From contig CBDEFO010000008.1 of assembly GCA_965237525.1 (NCBI GenBank), positions 1,216,001-1,280,000 on the forward strand: DNA of 64,000 nt, in the 5' to 3' direction. A model generated the notes under the pieces. The model was not told the DNA's origin and ran no database searches. It was given only the letters and a program-made list of their open reading frames with translations. Of this stretch, positions 63,077 to 64,000 are shown in pieces. Source of the stretch: Candidatus Latescibacterota bacterium (GTDB taxonomy: Bacteria > Latescibacterota > CBDEFO01). How positions within the stretch are numbered: the stretch's first letter is position 1; each line of letters opens with the position of its first letter. The position numbers and the translations under genes are program-made.

Positions 63077-63808
63077 TTGCCTATGTCCACAGTAAGTATC
63101 AAGGATCTTCTCGAATCGGGAGTCCATTTCGGGCACCAGACCCGAAGGTGGAATCCCAAAATGAAAAAGTACATCTTCAGTGAAAGGAACGGAATTTACA
63201 TAATTGACCTTCAAAAAACTCTTCAAAAGATCGAACAAGCCTGCCAAATTGTAAGAGACACGGTCCAAAGATCTGAACCCATTCTCTTTGTTGGAACCAA
63301 GAAGCAGTCTGCTGATATAATTAAGGAACAGTCAGAACGGTGCGGAATGTTCTACGTCTCTCAACGCTGGTTGGGAGGGACGCTTACTAACTTTGCGACT
63401 ATCCAAAAGAGTATAAAAAGACTGCGTGAAGTCGACAGAACAAGCGAGGATGGGACGTACGAAAAACTGACCAAGAAGGAAGTCCTAAGACTTGAAAAGG
63501 AAAGAGCCAAACTTCAGCGGGCACTGGGAGGCATCAGGGACATGGGGCGACTTCCGGGTCTAGTCTTCGTTGTGGATACAAAAAAGGAAAGGATCGCTGT
63601 CCTGGAAGCAAAGAAGCTTGAGATCCCAGTCGTCGCCATCGTGGACACCAACTGCGATCCTGACCTGATAGATTGTCCTATCCCAGGAAATGACGATGCT
63701 ATACGCTCCATCAGCCTTATTACGGGCACAATCTCAGAGGCTGTGATGGAGGCTCAGAGCTCTATCGTAGCCGAACAAGAAGAAGGAGAGAACGGACAAG
63801 AAGAATAA
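63077..63808 (+). CDS. rpsB: 30S ribosomal protein S2
   Basis: [25 protein letters not shown] and PGNDDAIRS motifs. Confidence 0.98.
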   Translation: MPMSTVSIKDLLESGVHFGHQTRRWNPKMKKYIFSERNGIYIIDLQKTLQKIEQACQIVRDTVQRSEPILFVGTKKQSADIIKEQSERCGMFYVSQRWLGGTLTNFATIQKSIKRLREVDRTSEDGTYEKLTKKEVLRLEKERAKLQRALGGIRDMGRLPGLVFVVDTKKERIAVLEAKKLEIPVVAIVDTNCDPDLIDCPIPGNDDAIRSISLITGTISEAVMEAQSSIVAEQEEGENGQEE

Positions 63809-63916
63809 AGACTCTGAACAGTAGCTGCGGTCTTTCGGTCTGGCTGGTGCTCAGCTTTCTACATCAGGGCAAAAGGACAGCACACATTTCTTGAACCAGA
63901 CAAGTGTACGTGTGTC

Positions 63917-64000
63917 ATGACCGATGACGAAACGTATATGTTCGACCTGATGAGTTATTTCATCATCAAGGATGCGCTCAGCCGACAGGAGGTGGGCGCT
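63917..64000 (+). CDS. 5' end of a probable phytanoyl-CoA dioxygenase family gene (partial)
   Basis: MTDDETYMFDLMSYFIIKDALSRQEV. Confidence 0.45.
   Translation, partial: MTDDETYMFDLMSYFIIKDALSRQEVGA

Overview
64 kb of chromosome from a diderm bacterium. A T9SS/FlgD-like C-terminal domain, tol-pal and the general gene content suggest an uncultured FCB-group-like lineage (inference only). Intact housekeeping loci are dapAB, tandem-domain thyX, an rmlA-like transferase, tol-pal-cpoB, purB, tRNA-Leu(CAG) and rplM-rpsI-rpsB. They are interleaved with decaying accessory DNA: two inverted copies of an IS1182-family element (CTAA target duplications), an rve-type transposase beside an AT-rich gene with a HEPN-like motif, integron-cassette remnants, two segmental duplications and about a dozen pseudogenes. 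A complete N-methylglutamate (methylamine utilisation) gene set (mgsABC, soxDAGB/mgd, gmaS) is present. The most unusual signal is a ~21-26 nt palindromic micro-element (CCCCGAT..ATCGGGG) at 12 loci. It nests inside itself, sits in the loops of REP hairpins and has inserted in frame into meaB.
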